A stretch of 64,000 nt of DNA from positions 12,205-76,204 of IMG/VR virus record IMGVR_UViG_3300010162_000535. The stretch is one strand, 5' to 3'. Source of the stretch: a virus. Positions 45,962 to 53,908 of this stretch are shown piece after piece; position 1 is the stretch's first letter; each line of letters begins with the position of its first letter. The translations under genes and the position numbers were made by a program. Under the pieces are notes generated by a model. That model worked only from the letters and a program-made list of their open reading frames with translations. It had not been told where the DNA came from and searched no databases.

Positions 45962-46745
45962 GAGCTGCCAATCGTATGTCTAAACTATTTCGTCTGCCTG
46001 TAAGACGTAGCGCATCGCCATAAAGTACTAAACTATTTGTATATATAGGTATATTGCCATTTATGTCCGGTAACAATGTAAATGATTTACTAATTAAATT
46101 AGCCGGATCTCGATTATTAATTACAGTTAAGTCGATACTTGCTACATACCTATTAAAAAACTCTTCTTCAAATACTTCTTGTCGCCAAATTGCATAATAA
46201 GGTTCGCCAGTAAAGTGAAAAAAAACTGCATTATCTTTTCTTTCTAATGTTATTCCCTGTGTACCAACAAATTCAACATCGCCAGTCACTAGCTGCCCAT
46301 CTACAATAAAGCCCACTAATCTATCTTCGACTATGGGTACATGACACGCTACCTCAAACATGGCCGTACCTCGTAATAACGAATAATCACCATCAGGTAC
46401 AAATAGAATCGATTCTAAGGACTTAACAACCAATAATCCAGCTCGCCGACCCCATGTATCGATTAGCTCAATCGTCTTTTTTGTGAACTCATTTATATTT
46501 TCCGCTTCAATTCTATAGTGCCCTTCAATAAGTTCTTGAGTGACTATCGTACCTATGTAAATAGTAATTTGTCCGCGTCGCTTTACCAGTCGAGTTATTT
46601 CATATCTATTCTGCCCAGTGACATAAATATGCGCATCAGCAATAAAGTCTGCAGGAAAATATATCGTGTCCGTCAGCTGAAATGAAGACATTTCGCTGAA
46701 CGGGTAATTAGCTGCCTCATGATAAGGGAATGCTCTTGGATACAT
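45951..46745 (-). CDS. Putative tail-associated structural protein (FPYHEAANYPF...FIADAHI)
   Basis: 264 aa; N-terminus resembles 45020 and 46750. Confidence 0.5.
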   Translation of the reverse strand: MYPRAFPYHEAANYPFSEMSSFQLTDTIYFPADFIADAHIYVTGQNRYEITRLVKRRGQITIYIGTIVTQELIEGHYRIEAENINEFTKKTIELIDTWGRRAGLLVVKSLESILFVPDGDYSLLRGTAMFEVACHVPIVEDRLVGFIVDGQLVTGDVEFVGTQGITLERKDNAVFFHFTGEPYYAIWRQEVFEEEFFNRYVASIDLTVINNRDPANLISKSFTLLPDINGNIPIYTNSLVLYGDALRLTGRRNSLDIRLAARGN

Positions 46746-46749
46746 TTAA

Positions 46750-48420
46750 TTAATATGCTTGCAATACGCCAAAACCTGCCCAAAAACGTGGCCTTCCACT
46801 GGTGCTAGGCTGGCCGTTAGCTACTCTCCGCCAAGGCATAAACCAGGGATTATCTAGCTGAGGCCAGGGTAAATTAGTGGTATCAACTAATACTTCGCCG
46901 GTACTTTGTCGATGTAATCTCATTTTTAGTATATATTCTCCATTAAAATCCATTGGATGCGGTAGCGGCTTCATAAAAAGCCCTAATACTCTATTGCCGG
47001 GCAAACTATGATTAAGCTGATCATAATTTGAATCCGGGTGTCCAGGAGTGTGGTTGTAGAATCTAAAATTCCAAATAACGTCCGGCTCAAACCATGTTCG
47101 ACGCACTTCTATATTACGAGAATAAGCCCAACTACCACAGGTTCCTCGAGAACAGAATGTCCCAAATGGGATATAATACCAGTCCCATGCGCTATTGCGT
47201 AAGGTAAGTCTTGAATTTGTATCTCTTACACACAAGCCACCTGAGCTATGAAAACCGGCTAAACAATTGATTGGCGGCCCTGGCGTACTATTATCGACAC
47301 ATACGCCACCCACTAATATATGTCCTGGAGGGCATTGAATTACTTCCTCATCTCTAACGCAAACTCCATTAATAAGAGTAAAACCTTCAGGGCAGGTGAG
47401 CACAGGCGGCGGCTCAAATCTGTCTGGTGTACAAATACCATTTATTAACGTAAAACCTTCAGGGCAGCTACCGGGCGGATCATTATTACCTCCAGAAACT
47501 CTAACGCAAACATCCCCTACCAGCCGAAAACCTTCTGGACAAGTTAGCTCCGGTAAAATCAATTCCTCACACTCTGGAAAATATGGGGCAGTAGTTACAC
47601 AATCAGCTTCAGGCGTTGGGATAGTAGTGATATGATAGTCTGGATCTGGACACAGAGCTTGCAAATCAAAATCTATACCTAAATGAGCACCAACTGTTTT
47701 ATCCGGTTGCTCAGGTAGTCGCTCAATAATTGGGGCAACTGTAAATGGCCCAATAAACCTTACAGCCAAACTTCCATCAGCCCCAGCAGCAGCGCCATTT
47801 ATATGCCCGACATTGTGCATCGGCGTTTCTTGATACTGTGTAAAGTAATTTATGCCATTAGCTAAGTCTTTTTTTAGTTCATCCTCCAGTACAAAAAATA
47901 TTTTATTGTCTTTAGCCGTAATAGTCAGTCCGTTATCACCTATTAATTCCACCAACCCATTAAAACGTATATGCGTTTTATCGCAGGTCGCGGCTAAAAA
48001 TAAATGCTCTGACCTAAATAAACAACGCTCAGCTATTTTTGACTGAGCTGCCGAACTGTATCTATGAATTACTGGAAGATCTAAAATATTTAAACGCCCA
48101 GGAGTTAACCAGCCAGAATAGCCTTCGGTTATCTGCTCAAGAAAAACCGGACGACCATAAATCCAGTCACTTTTCAACACAGTAGCTGATAAAATGGGTG
48201 TTTCAGCAGTCGCAATAATAACACTTACTAACTCTCGGCCAATATTTATGCTGCTAATATAAGGCTCATCAGTTAAGCTACAGGATAAAAATATATCCGC
48301 AATAAAATCAAGTGGACGGATGTTCCCTTTATCATCTATTCCTGTGGCTACAGGATCAAGAATGAAGCTCCTCGCCTCATTGTGAGGCAGAAAATTAAGG
48401 TAATTTCTATCTAATGACAC
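46750..48420 (-). CDS. Putative tail fibre/adhesin with five CPxG(F/H)xLxxGxC repeats
   Basis: CPEGFRLVGDVC, CPEGFTLINGIC, CPEGFTLINGVC, CPPGHILVGGVC, CLAGFHSSGGLC, then a Trp-rich C-terminal domain. Confidence 0.65.
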   Translation of the reverse strand: MSLDRNYLNFLPHNEARSFILDPVATGIDDKGNIRPLDFIADIFLSCSLTDEPYISSINIGRELVSVIIATAETPILSATVLKSDWIYGRPVFLEQITEGYSGWLTPGRLNILDLPVIHRYSSAAQSKIAERCLFRSEHLFLAATCDKTHIRFNGLVELIGDNGLTITAKDNKIFFVLEDELKKDLANGINYFTQYQETPMHNVGHINGAAAGADGSLAVRFIGPFTVAPIIERLPEQPDKTVGAHLGIDFDLQALCPDPDYHITTIPTPEADCVTTAPYFPECEELILPELTCPEGFRLVGDVCVRVSGGNNDPPGSCPEGFTLINGICTPDRFEPPPVLTCPEGFTLINGVCVRDEEVIQCPPGHILVGGVCVDNSTPGPPINCLAGFHSSGGLCVRDTNSRLTLRNSAWDWYYIPFGTFCSRGTCGSWAYSRNIEVRRTWFEPDVIWNFRFYNHTPGHPDSNYDQLNHSLPGNRVLGLFMKPLPHPMDFNGEYILKMRLHRQSTGEVLVDTTNLPWPQLDNPWFMPWRRVANGQPSTSGRPRFWAGFGVLQAY

Positions 48421-48436
48421 AATCTAATTATAACTT

Positions 48437-48760
48437 ATGCAAGAAAAGCTAGAGACGGAGCGAGAATGGCGTGAACAACAACTTAACTACGCTTTTAATA
48501 GCCTTATTAAGGTACCACAAGTGTTCAAATTTAGGTCAATTAATACTGCGCTTAACTGGGTGAGAAAATACAGCCCTACGTTAATAGGGCTGTTAATTGA
48601 GAAGAAATTTACGTTTATTTTGTTTAAGATTAAGAGAAAAGCTGAAAGCTGCGGTCTTGAAGTCGAACAACAGTGCACAATTTGGATTAAAATCCCAACT
48701 ACTCAACGAAAGAGTAACATTGCATTTTTAAATTACAAAAATAATCCCACATTCTCATAA
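48437..48760 (+). CDS. Hypothetical protein
   Basis: 107-aa ATG ORF that fills an otherwise empty gap. Confidence 0.55.
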   Translation: MQEKLETEREWREQQLNYAFNSLIKVPQVFKFRSINTALNWVRKYSPTLIGLLIEKKFTFILFKIKRKAESCGLEVEQQCTIWIKIPTTQRKSNIAFLNYKNNPTFS

Positions 48761-49844
48761 AGGTGTCCAAACGTTGCTCCAGCGTAGCTTGAAAATAAGG
48801 CACATTGTTGCGTCTTTCCATAAAAGTCACTAAATTACGGCGATTAAATAACTTCTTATTTACTAAATTAAATAACCTATCCCAATTTGGCACTACTCTA
48901 TCAAAACCATACCCAAATTCCTTCATTTGCCCCTTAAAAAGTACGCCAAATTTACCATTATCAAGTATGTCTCTATAAATTGGTTGGTCAAAACCCGCAA
49001 CAAGCAAACCTTGATGTAAGGCAGCTGACAAAAAATAACCTACATGATTCATTGGATTAAGATCAATAAATAAATCATGCTGTTCAACAATATTTAGATA
49101 CTCAAAGTCAGAAAAACAATTTATGACTAAACATTTATCCGAGCACTCTAACCCCATTTTCTCCACAAACTGAGCTTCTTCACGATAGGATTTACCGTCC
49201 ATCAATAAGGTAATAAAAACATCAGTACGTTCTTCAAGAGTTTTAACGATATTCTTAAGAATAGCTAACCTATTGGACGGGTTTTTAATCCCGCACATTG
49301 AAATTGTTACTTTTATTTGTTCTGGATTAATTAGATCGCACCGAGTAGGTTTAAGAGTTCTAAATGAGCCCGGGTAGCAAGCCTGCGCACCATAGGGGCT
49401 TCCCATTAAACAGTTATTAAAGCGATTGTCTAGCTGCTTTGTAGGTAAAATAATAGATTGATATTTTTTAGAGCTGCACATTTGCTCCCAATCCCACTTA
49501 ACATAGTCAGCAAACAAATAATTTTGACAACCCTTTGATTTGTCGATATAATCTCTGCGATAGTCAAACCAATACACTGCTTTAGCTTGAACTTTGTCGC
49601 CTTGAGCAGTATAGCCTCTCAAGCGACGTGCAAAATCATTAGGACTGACTATCCTGCGCACACAGTGATCTATTAGCGGGGAACAGTAGCTAGAGATTGG
49701 GTCTAATGTAACATATTCAAAATTATATTTTCGAATATCTACAGTTTTTTTTACGATAAAAGAAGCCATTGCAGAAGCATAAACAGCAGCTTCACTCTGT
49801 TTATACGGAGCAAAGAAAATAACGCGCCTTTTTGGTGTTGACAT
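48699..49844 (-). CDS. Divergent GT-B (GT4-like) protein
   Basis: C-terminal YLNIVEQHDLFIDLNPMNHVGYFLSAALHQGLLVAGFDQPIYRDILDNGKFGVLF follows the GT4 pattern but lacks both Glu of ExxxxxxxE. Confidence 0.55.
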   Translation of the reverse strand: MSTPKRRVIFFAPYKQSEAAVYASAMASFIVKKTVDIRKYNFEYVTLDPISSYCSPLIDHCVRRIVSPNDFARRLRGYTAQGDKVQAKAVYWFDYRRDYIDKSKGCQNYLFADYVKWDWEQMCSSKKYQSIILPTKQLDNRFNNCLMGSPYGAQACYPGSFRTLKPTRCDLINPEQIKVTISMCGIKNPSNRLAILKNIVKTLEERTDVFITLLMDGKSYREEAQFVEKMGLECSDKCLVINCFSDFEYLNIVEQHDLFIDLNPMNHVGYFLSAALHQGLLVAGFDQPIYRDILDNGKFGVLFKGQMKEFGYGFDRVVPNWDRLFNLVNKKLFNRRNLVTFMERRNNVPYFQATLEQRLDTFMRMWDYFCNLKMQCYSFVE

Positions 49845-49888
49845 AGGGGTATGAGTTTAGAATTAGGGGTAATTATAAGAGTAGGCGT

Positions 49889-49916
49889 AATATACCCCAG
49901 CTAGAATAATTGTCAA
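49889..49916 (-). promoter_or_regulatory. Sigma70-like promoter TTGACA-N16-TATATT
   Basis: Seen directly upstream of the 49844 start. Confidence 0.5.
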
Positions 49917-50488
49917 GTGCCCCCTCTTGCGCGGCGCACATTCTGTGGCTGGCGTTGCTCCAGCACTGGTGCAGCTTGACTCCGCGCCTCATAATCTTCC
50001 TTTACGAACTGTAACGCCTCTTGCATTGTGACAAAACCATCACCATTTAAATCCAGCATCACAAATTCTGCCACTGCTGCCCCAATAGGTAAGGTACTGG
50101 CAGCAATGTATTCAACCATTGAAATTTGACCATCTTGGTTTGCATCAAACTCAAAAAACCAACTAAATGAGCTAGACTTTAGCTCCGCTGAGACATTATC
50201 GTATACGCCAGAAATAGTGACAGTCTGCTGTTGAGTAGCTGCTATGGGCGCTGGCGGCTGCCTCAGGCTAGGAGGCGCTGGTAGCGTAGGCGGGCGCATA
50301 CCAAATTGGAGTATCGGCTCCCATAAGGTAATTTGAGGCTCGCCAAATGGTCGCACCAGTGGCGAATTATCAACTACCGGAGCTGCTACCTCAGCTGGCT
50401 GCTCTGGCGTTCTCTGTCCTCGCTGAGGAGCCTGAGCATAAAGATTAAACGTAAAAAAAAGAAGTAGGAGAATTAATAATACTCTCAT
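49913..50488 (-). CDS. Secreted EF-hand protein
   Basis: Signal peptide MRVLLILLLLFFTFNLYA; EF loops DANQDGQISMVE and DLNGDGFVTMQE. Confidence 0.85.
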   Translation of the reverse strand: MRVLLILLLLFFTFNLYAQAPQRGQRTPEQPAEVAAPVVDNSPLVRPFGEPQITLWEPILQFGMRPPTLPAPPSLRQPPAPIAATQQQTVTISGVYDNVSAELKSSSFSWFFEFDANQDGQISMVEYIAASTLPIGAAVAEFVMLDLNGDGFVTMQEALQFVKEDYEARSQAAPVLEQRQPQNVRRARGGT

Positions 50489-50524
50489 ACTTCTTTAAAC
50501 CCCGCAAGGTTACAAAAGTTCTTC

Positions 50525-50537
50525 TCTCGCGCGAGAA
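50525..50537. repeat. Palindrome TCTCGCGCGAGA(A), copy 5 of 5
   Basis: Exact match, intergenic. Confidence 0.9.
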
Positions 50538-50540
50538 AAA

Positions 50541-51044
50541 TTACCATCTAAACGGCGGCCGTTGTTGCGGATGTCCAAACTGTGTGGGGAAGGATTGATT
50601 CCACCCATGCTGCTGAGTGAAATTTTGATTCCATCCGGGCCCGGGCCGAGACTGATGGATGTTAATCTGGGTTGGTCTTGTCATGTTGTGCATAACAATA
50701 CCGTGAAATACGCGATCAACAATATGCGGTGCAGCTGCCGCCAATACTGCGCCTGGGCGCGGTTGGTAATGGTGCTGTACCATCACCATTCTTTGTCCCG
50801 TTATCCCGCAAATGAAGATTTGCTGCGGCTGAGGAGGTGCCATGACCGCGTGTACCTGCACATTAACAGGCTGCTGTGCTTGTATAGGCTGTGGCACCTG
50901 TAAATGTGCTCGCAAGGCTTGCTCTCGCTTTAACGCCTCAATTTGGGCGTTAATTTGAGCATCTGATAGCTGCTCAACAACTTGCCCTAGGGCAGCTGTT
51001 GCAAGCAATAATGTAGCAACACAAAAAATAATGAGATGTTTCAT
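50541..51044 (-). CDS. Secreted Gln/Pro-rich protein
   Basis: Signal peptide MKHLIIFCVATLLLATAALG; AGGAG SD. Confidence 0.75.
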   Translation of the reverse strand: MKHLIIFCVATLLLATAALGQVVEQLSDAQINAQIEALKREQALRAHLQVPQPIQAQQPVNVQVHAVMAPPQPQQIFICGITGQRMVMVQHHYQPRPGAVLAAAAPHIVDRVFHGIVMHNMTRPTQINIHQSRPGPGWNQNFTQQHGWNQSFPTQFGHPQQRPPFRW

Positions 51045-51077
51045 TGTTAGTCTCCTATTGTTAGAGGTTAAATTATC

Positions 51078-51092
51078 CCAAAATCATGTACC
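51078..51092 (-). promoter_or_regulatory. Degenerate promoter-like motif GGTACATGATTTTGG
   Basis: Two deviations from consensus; followed by ATTTAAC and an SD. Confidence 0.45.
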
Positions 51093-51108
51093 AGAATAGT
51101 CACCATAT

Positions 51109-51543
51109 TTAACGCCTAAATGAGCCGTCCGGATTTGCCCCGATATTCTGATTTACGCTGCGAGTCATAGGCGTAAAGCTAGGCTGTAGTCCTCCTGGAT
51201 TTTGAGGAGAAAAGGGCGGCGCAGAATGCCACTGCGTATAAAGATTCGCCAGTCCTAGCCCTGATGTACCAAGAGTGGAGCCTAAGCCAGTTCCCACTGA
51301 TAACAACTTCCGCTGCATAGGAAATGAGACATTATTGGAAAACCATCCTTTTAAGTTCTCTCCAATATTGCCTAAAAAGGCCTGCTTACTAAAAGGAACA
51401 TACTTAGCTTCTTTTACTTTTTCCGGTAGTGTTTTCATATTCGGTGTCTCCTGTGCCCATCTGTGTGCGGTACCTTCGGGTAACTCCCCGTCAGCTTCAG
51501 CTGCAAAAAAGAATCTTTGTTGTGCTTTAGACTTGAATGGCAT
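51109..51543 (-). CDS. Putative virion protein (MPFKSKAQQRFF...LPEKV N-terminus)
   Basis: 144 aa; Gly-rich hydrophobic C-part; TAATG coupling. Confidence 0.6.
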   Translation of the reverse strand: MPFKSKAQQRFFFAAEADGELPEGTAHRWAQETPNMKTLPEKVKEAKYVPFSKQAFLGNIGENLKGWFSNNVSFPMQRKLLSVGTGLGSTLGTSGLGLANLYTQWHSAPPFSPQNPGGLQPSFTPMTRSVNQNIGANPDGSFRR

Positions 51544-52331
51544 TAGCGTATCCCCCTTCTTCGTCTTTCTTCTTCCTCTCTAGCGCGCTGCTCTCGCTGC
51601 CTTGACAACATGTAAAGCCCGCCAATACCTAAAGCCCCAACTCCACCTGCGGCAGCAACCCAAGGAGCCCAGTCACCAATAGTCTTCCACATATTCTGAC
51701 CCTGCCTCTGTAAACCGCTCGCGTTTTGATTCAGTTCAGCTATGTGCGGCATACTGTCGTCCAGCGCACCAGCTAAATTGTGCATTCCCTCAGCAGCCTG
51801 CTGTCCTCCGCGATTTATTCCTCGACCAATAAAATAACCGCCGCCACCTAAGCCGCCTAGTAATCCGCCGCCTACAGCTAAATTCTGACCTGTATTACCG
51901 CCTCGCGCAGCTGTCGCCGTATTTACGGCATTAGCTGCCGACGTACCGCCGCCGCCAATGTTATATCCGGGCCCCGCAGGGTATGGGTAACTTGCAGTGG
52001 GCGTTGCTGTCATTCTAGGTGCTGCCGAAGCCGACGGCGTAGTAAATGTCCAAGGAGCATTGGGGTTAAATCGTTGTACGTTACGCCCTACAGTATCCCA
52101 ATCATTTCTACTCATTGCGTGTAGCGTATGCCTTAACTGATCATATTTAGCTCCATGAGCTGCCATATCAAACAAATGATCACTGTTCTGGGCAGTTAGT
52201 CGACCAAACCCAGGTAATGCTCGAATAGCATCATCTGATAATGTTGTAGAAACTGCCTTAACCGCACCGCCGGACGCCAGCTTCAAAATACCATCGACAT
52301 TAATTTCTACAATTTTTAATATGCCTTGCAT
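51543..52331 (-). CDS. Gly/Ala-rich putative internal virion (ejection-like) protein
   Basis: Two Gly-rich hydrophobic helices, ending in a charged tail RQREQRAREEEERRRR. Confidence 0.55.
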   Translation of the reverse strand: MQGILKIVEINVDGILKLASGGAVKAVSTTLSDDAIRALPGFGRLTAQNSDHLFDMAAHGAKYDQLRHTLHAMSRNDWDTVGRNVQRFNPNAPWTFTTPSASAAPRMTATPTASYPYPAGPGYNIGGGGTSAANAVNTATAARGGNTGQNLAVGGGLLGGLGGGGYFIGRGINRGGQQAAEGMHNLAGALDDSMPHIAELNQNASGLQRQGQNMWKTIGDWAPWVAAAGGVGALGIGGLYMLSRQREQRAREEEERRRRGIR

Positions 52332-52343
52332 AATATCTTTAAT

Positions 52344-53891
52344 TTAAAATATAGCCCCAAAAGTGTCTACAAAAGCCTTATTTAATGTTTTAGGGTATTC
52401 AATAATTTGACCCCTATAAAAATCAGCATTTTGTGCGACACCCGCCGCTTCTTGCCCTAAACGACTGACACCATCAGCGGATATACGGCGCGCATCCTGA
52501 GGCTGAAGCGCCCTACCTGCTACTAAATCACCCATGCCTCGAAGACCTGCACGATACCATGCAGTACTCCTATCTAATCCTTCTCTCCATACATTTCTTG
52601 AACCGCCTGACAAATTACTTAAACTGCTACTCAACGCACCAACAGTGTTGGGCTTACCTGTAAGTTTGTTATGAGCTAAATACCCAGCTAAGCCACCAAT
52701 ACCCAAACCACCTATCCCTAAAGCTGCCGGAAGAATGTAATCAGAAAAACGTAATCTACCGCGACGCTTAGTCTCTCTCTCTATATTATCCTGCAAGCTA
52801 AAAAATCGATCGTCAGAAATATTTCTTCTGGTTAAATCATCCTGCGCCCTAAGCTGATACCTTTCCGCATCCCTACGGCGCGCATTACTCTTATCTCTTA
52901 ACACATTATAGGCACCCACCAAACCAAGAGCCCCTATTCCAGTACCAATACCTGCCGCGCCTAATAAATTTACAGCATTACTTGCATTTTGAGCTGGTTC
53001 TTTGTAAGAACGTAAAAGCTCATTTGTAGTATTTAGATTTTGCACCAAGGCACTATCTGGAGAAGTTAAACTTTCCTTCACCGCATCTTGTATATTATTC
53101 CCCATGAGCGCGCCGCCTGCGCCAAGACCCCCTGCAAAACCTGCACCAATCGGGACAGAAATTGCTAAACGGCCCATAACGTTTCCTTTTTTAACAGTTT
53201 CACCCTCTAATGCCCTGTTAAAAATGTTGGGCATAATATTTTTTATCCCACTGTAAGTAAGGTAGCCTAGTCCAGCACCGGCCCCTAACGTAGCTAAAGG
53301 CCCTAAATAATCACTAAACTGTAAACGACTGCGCTTAGCCGCCTGATCCTCTAGCTCTAATTGCCTAGCTAAATATTCGTGCTTATCTAGCCCAGCTCGT
53401 ACTAAATTTTTCTCCGCATGCCATAGTCGTCGCTCCGCATCTCGTCTACGTCTATCTTTATTACGATTTAACCAAGAATACGCGCCTAAGGCGCCAAGCG
53501 AACCCATTGAACCTGCACCTAAATAGGCAGCTAAGTTCCCGCTAACATTACCAAAACCTTCAACTCCTTTATTTAGCTTATCGCTAAAACTAACTACCGC
53601 AGCATTAAAAGTATCGTCTAAACTTCGCTCACGAGTTGAATTTATCAAATGCTGCGTAGGCCTGTCAATCAAAGCCTCAGCTGCTCCTTGCGCAGGATTG
53701 CCAGCTGCAGCAGCTTCTGCGTTAGGCAGTATAAAACCTTTATCTAAAGCATTTACACCTGCCATGCCCGTCACGCCTAGCATGCCAGTTCCAAGCAAGC
53801 CGTTTAGTGCACGCCCTATCCACGCCAATTTGAGAACTTGTTTATCATCCACACTATAATTATAAGGCCGCTCTCTTTTAAGAATCTCCAC
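52344..53891 (-). CDS. Gly/Ala-rich putative internal virion protein with an internal duplication
   Basis: The unit GxLGAY...RRRDAER...RLxFSDY...G-rich helix occurs twice. Confidence 0.6.
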   Translation of the reverse strand: MEILKRERPYNYSVDDKQVLKLAWIGRALNGLLGTGMLGVTGMAGVNALDKGFILPNAEAAAAGNPAQGAAEALIDRPTQHLINSTRERSLDDTFNAAVVSFSDKLNKGVEGFGNVSGNLAAYLGAGSMGSLGALGAYSWLNRNKDRRRRDAERRLWHAEKNLVRAGLDKHEYLARQLELEDQAAKRSRLQFSDYLGPLATLGAGAGLGYLTYSGIKNIMPNIFNRALEGETVKKGNVMGRLAISVPIGAGFAGGLGAGGALMGNNIQDAVKESLTSPDSALVQNLNTTNELLRSYKEPAQNASNAVNLLGAAGIGTGIGALGLVGAYNVLRDKSNARRRDAERYQLRAQDDLTRRNISDDRFFSLQDNIERETKRRGRLRFSDYILPAALGIGGLGIGGLAGYLAHNKLTGKPNTVGALSSSLSNLSGGSRNVWREGLDRSTAWYRAGLRGMGDLVAGRALQPQDARRISADGVSRLGQEAAGVAQNADFYRGQIIEYPKTLNKAFVDTFGAIF

Positions 53892-53908
53892 CTTGACCCT
53901 TAACTAGC

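Noticed and set aside
49887-49894. TATATTAC matching the phiKZ early promoter motif
   Set aside because: Single occurrence noticed, absent from the cassette leaders, and equally explained as the -10 of a sigma70-like promoter.
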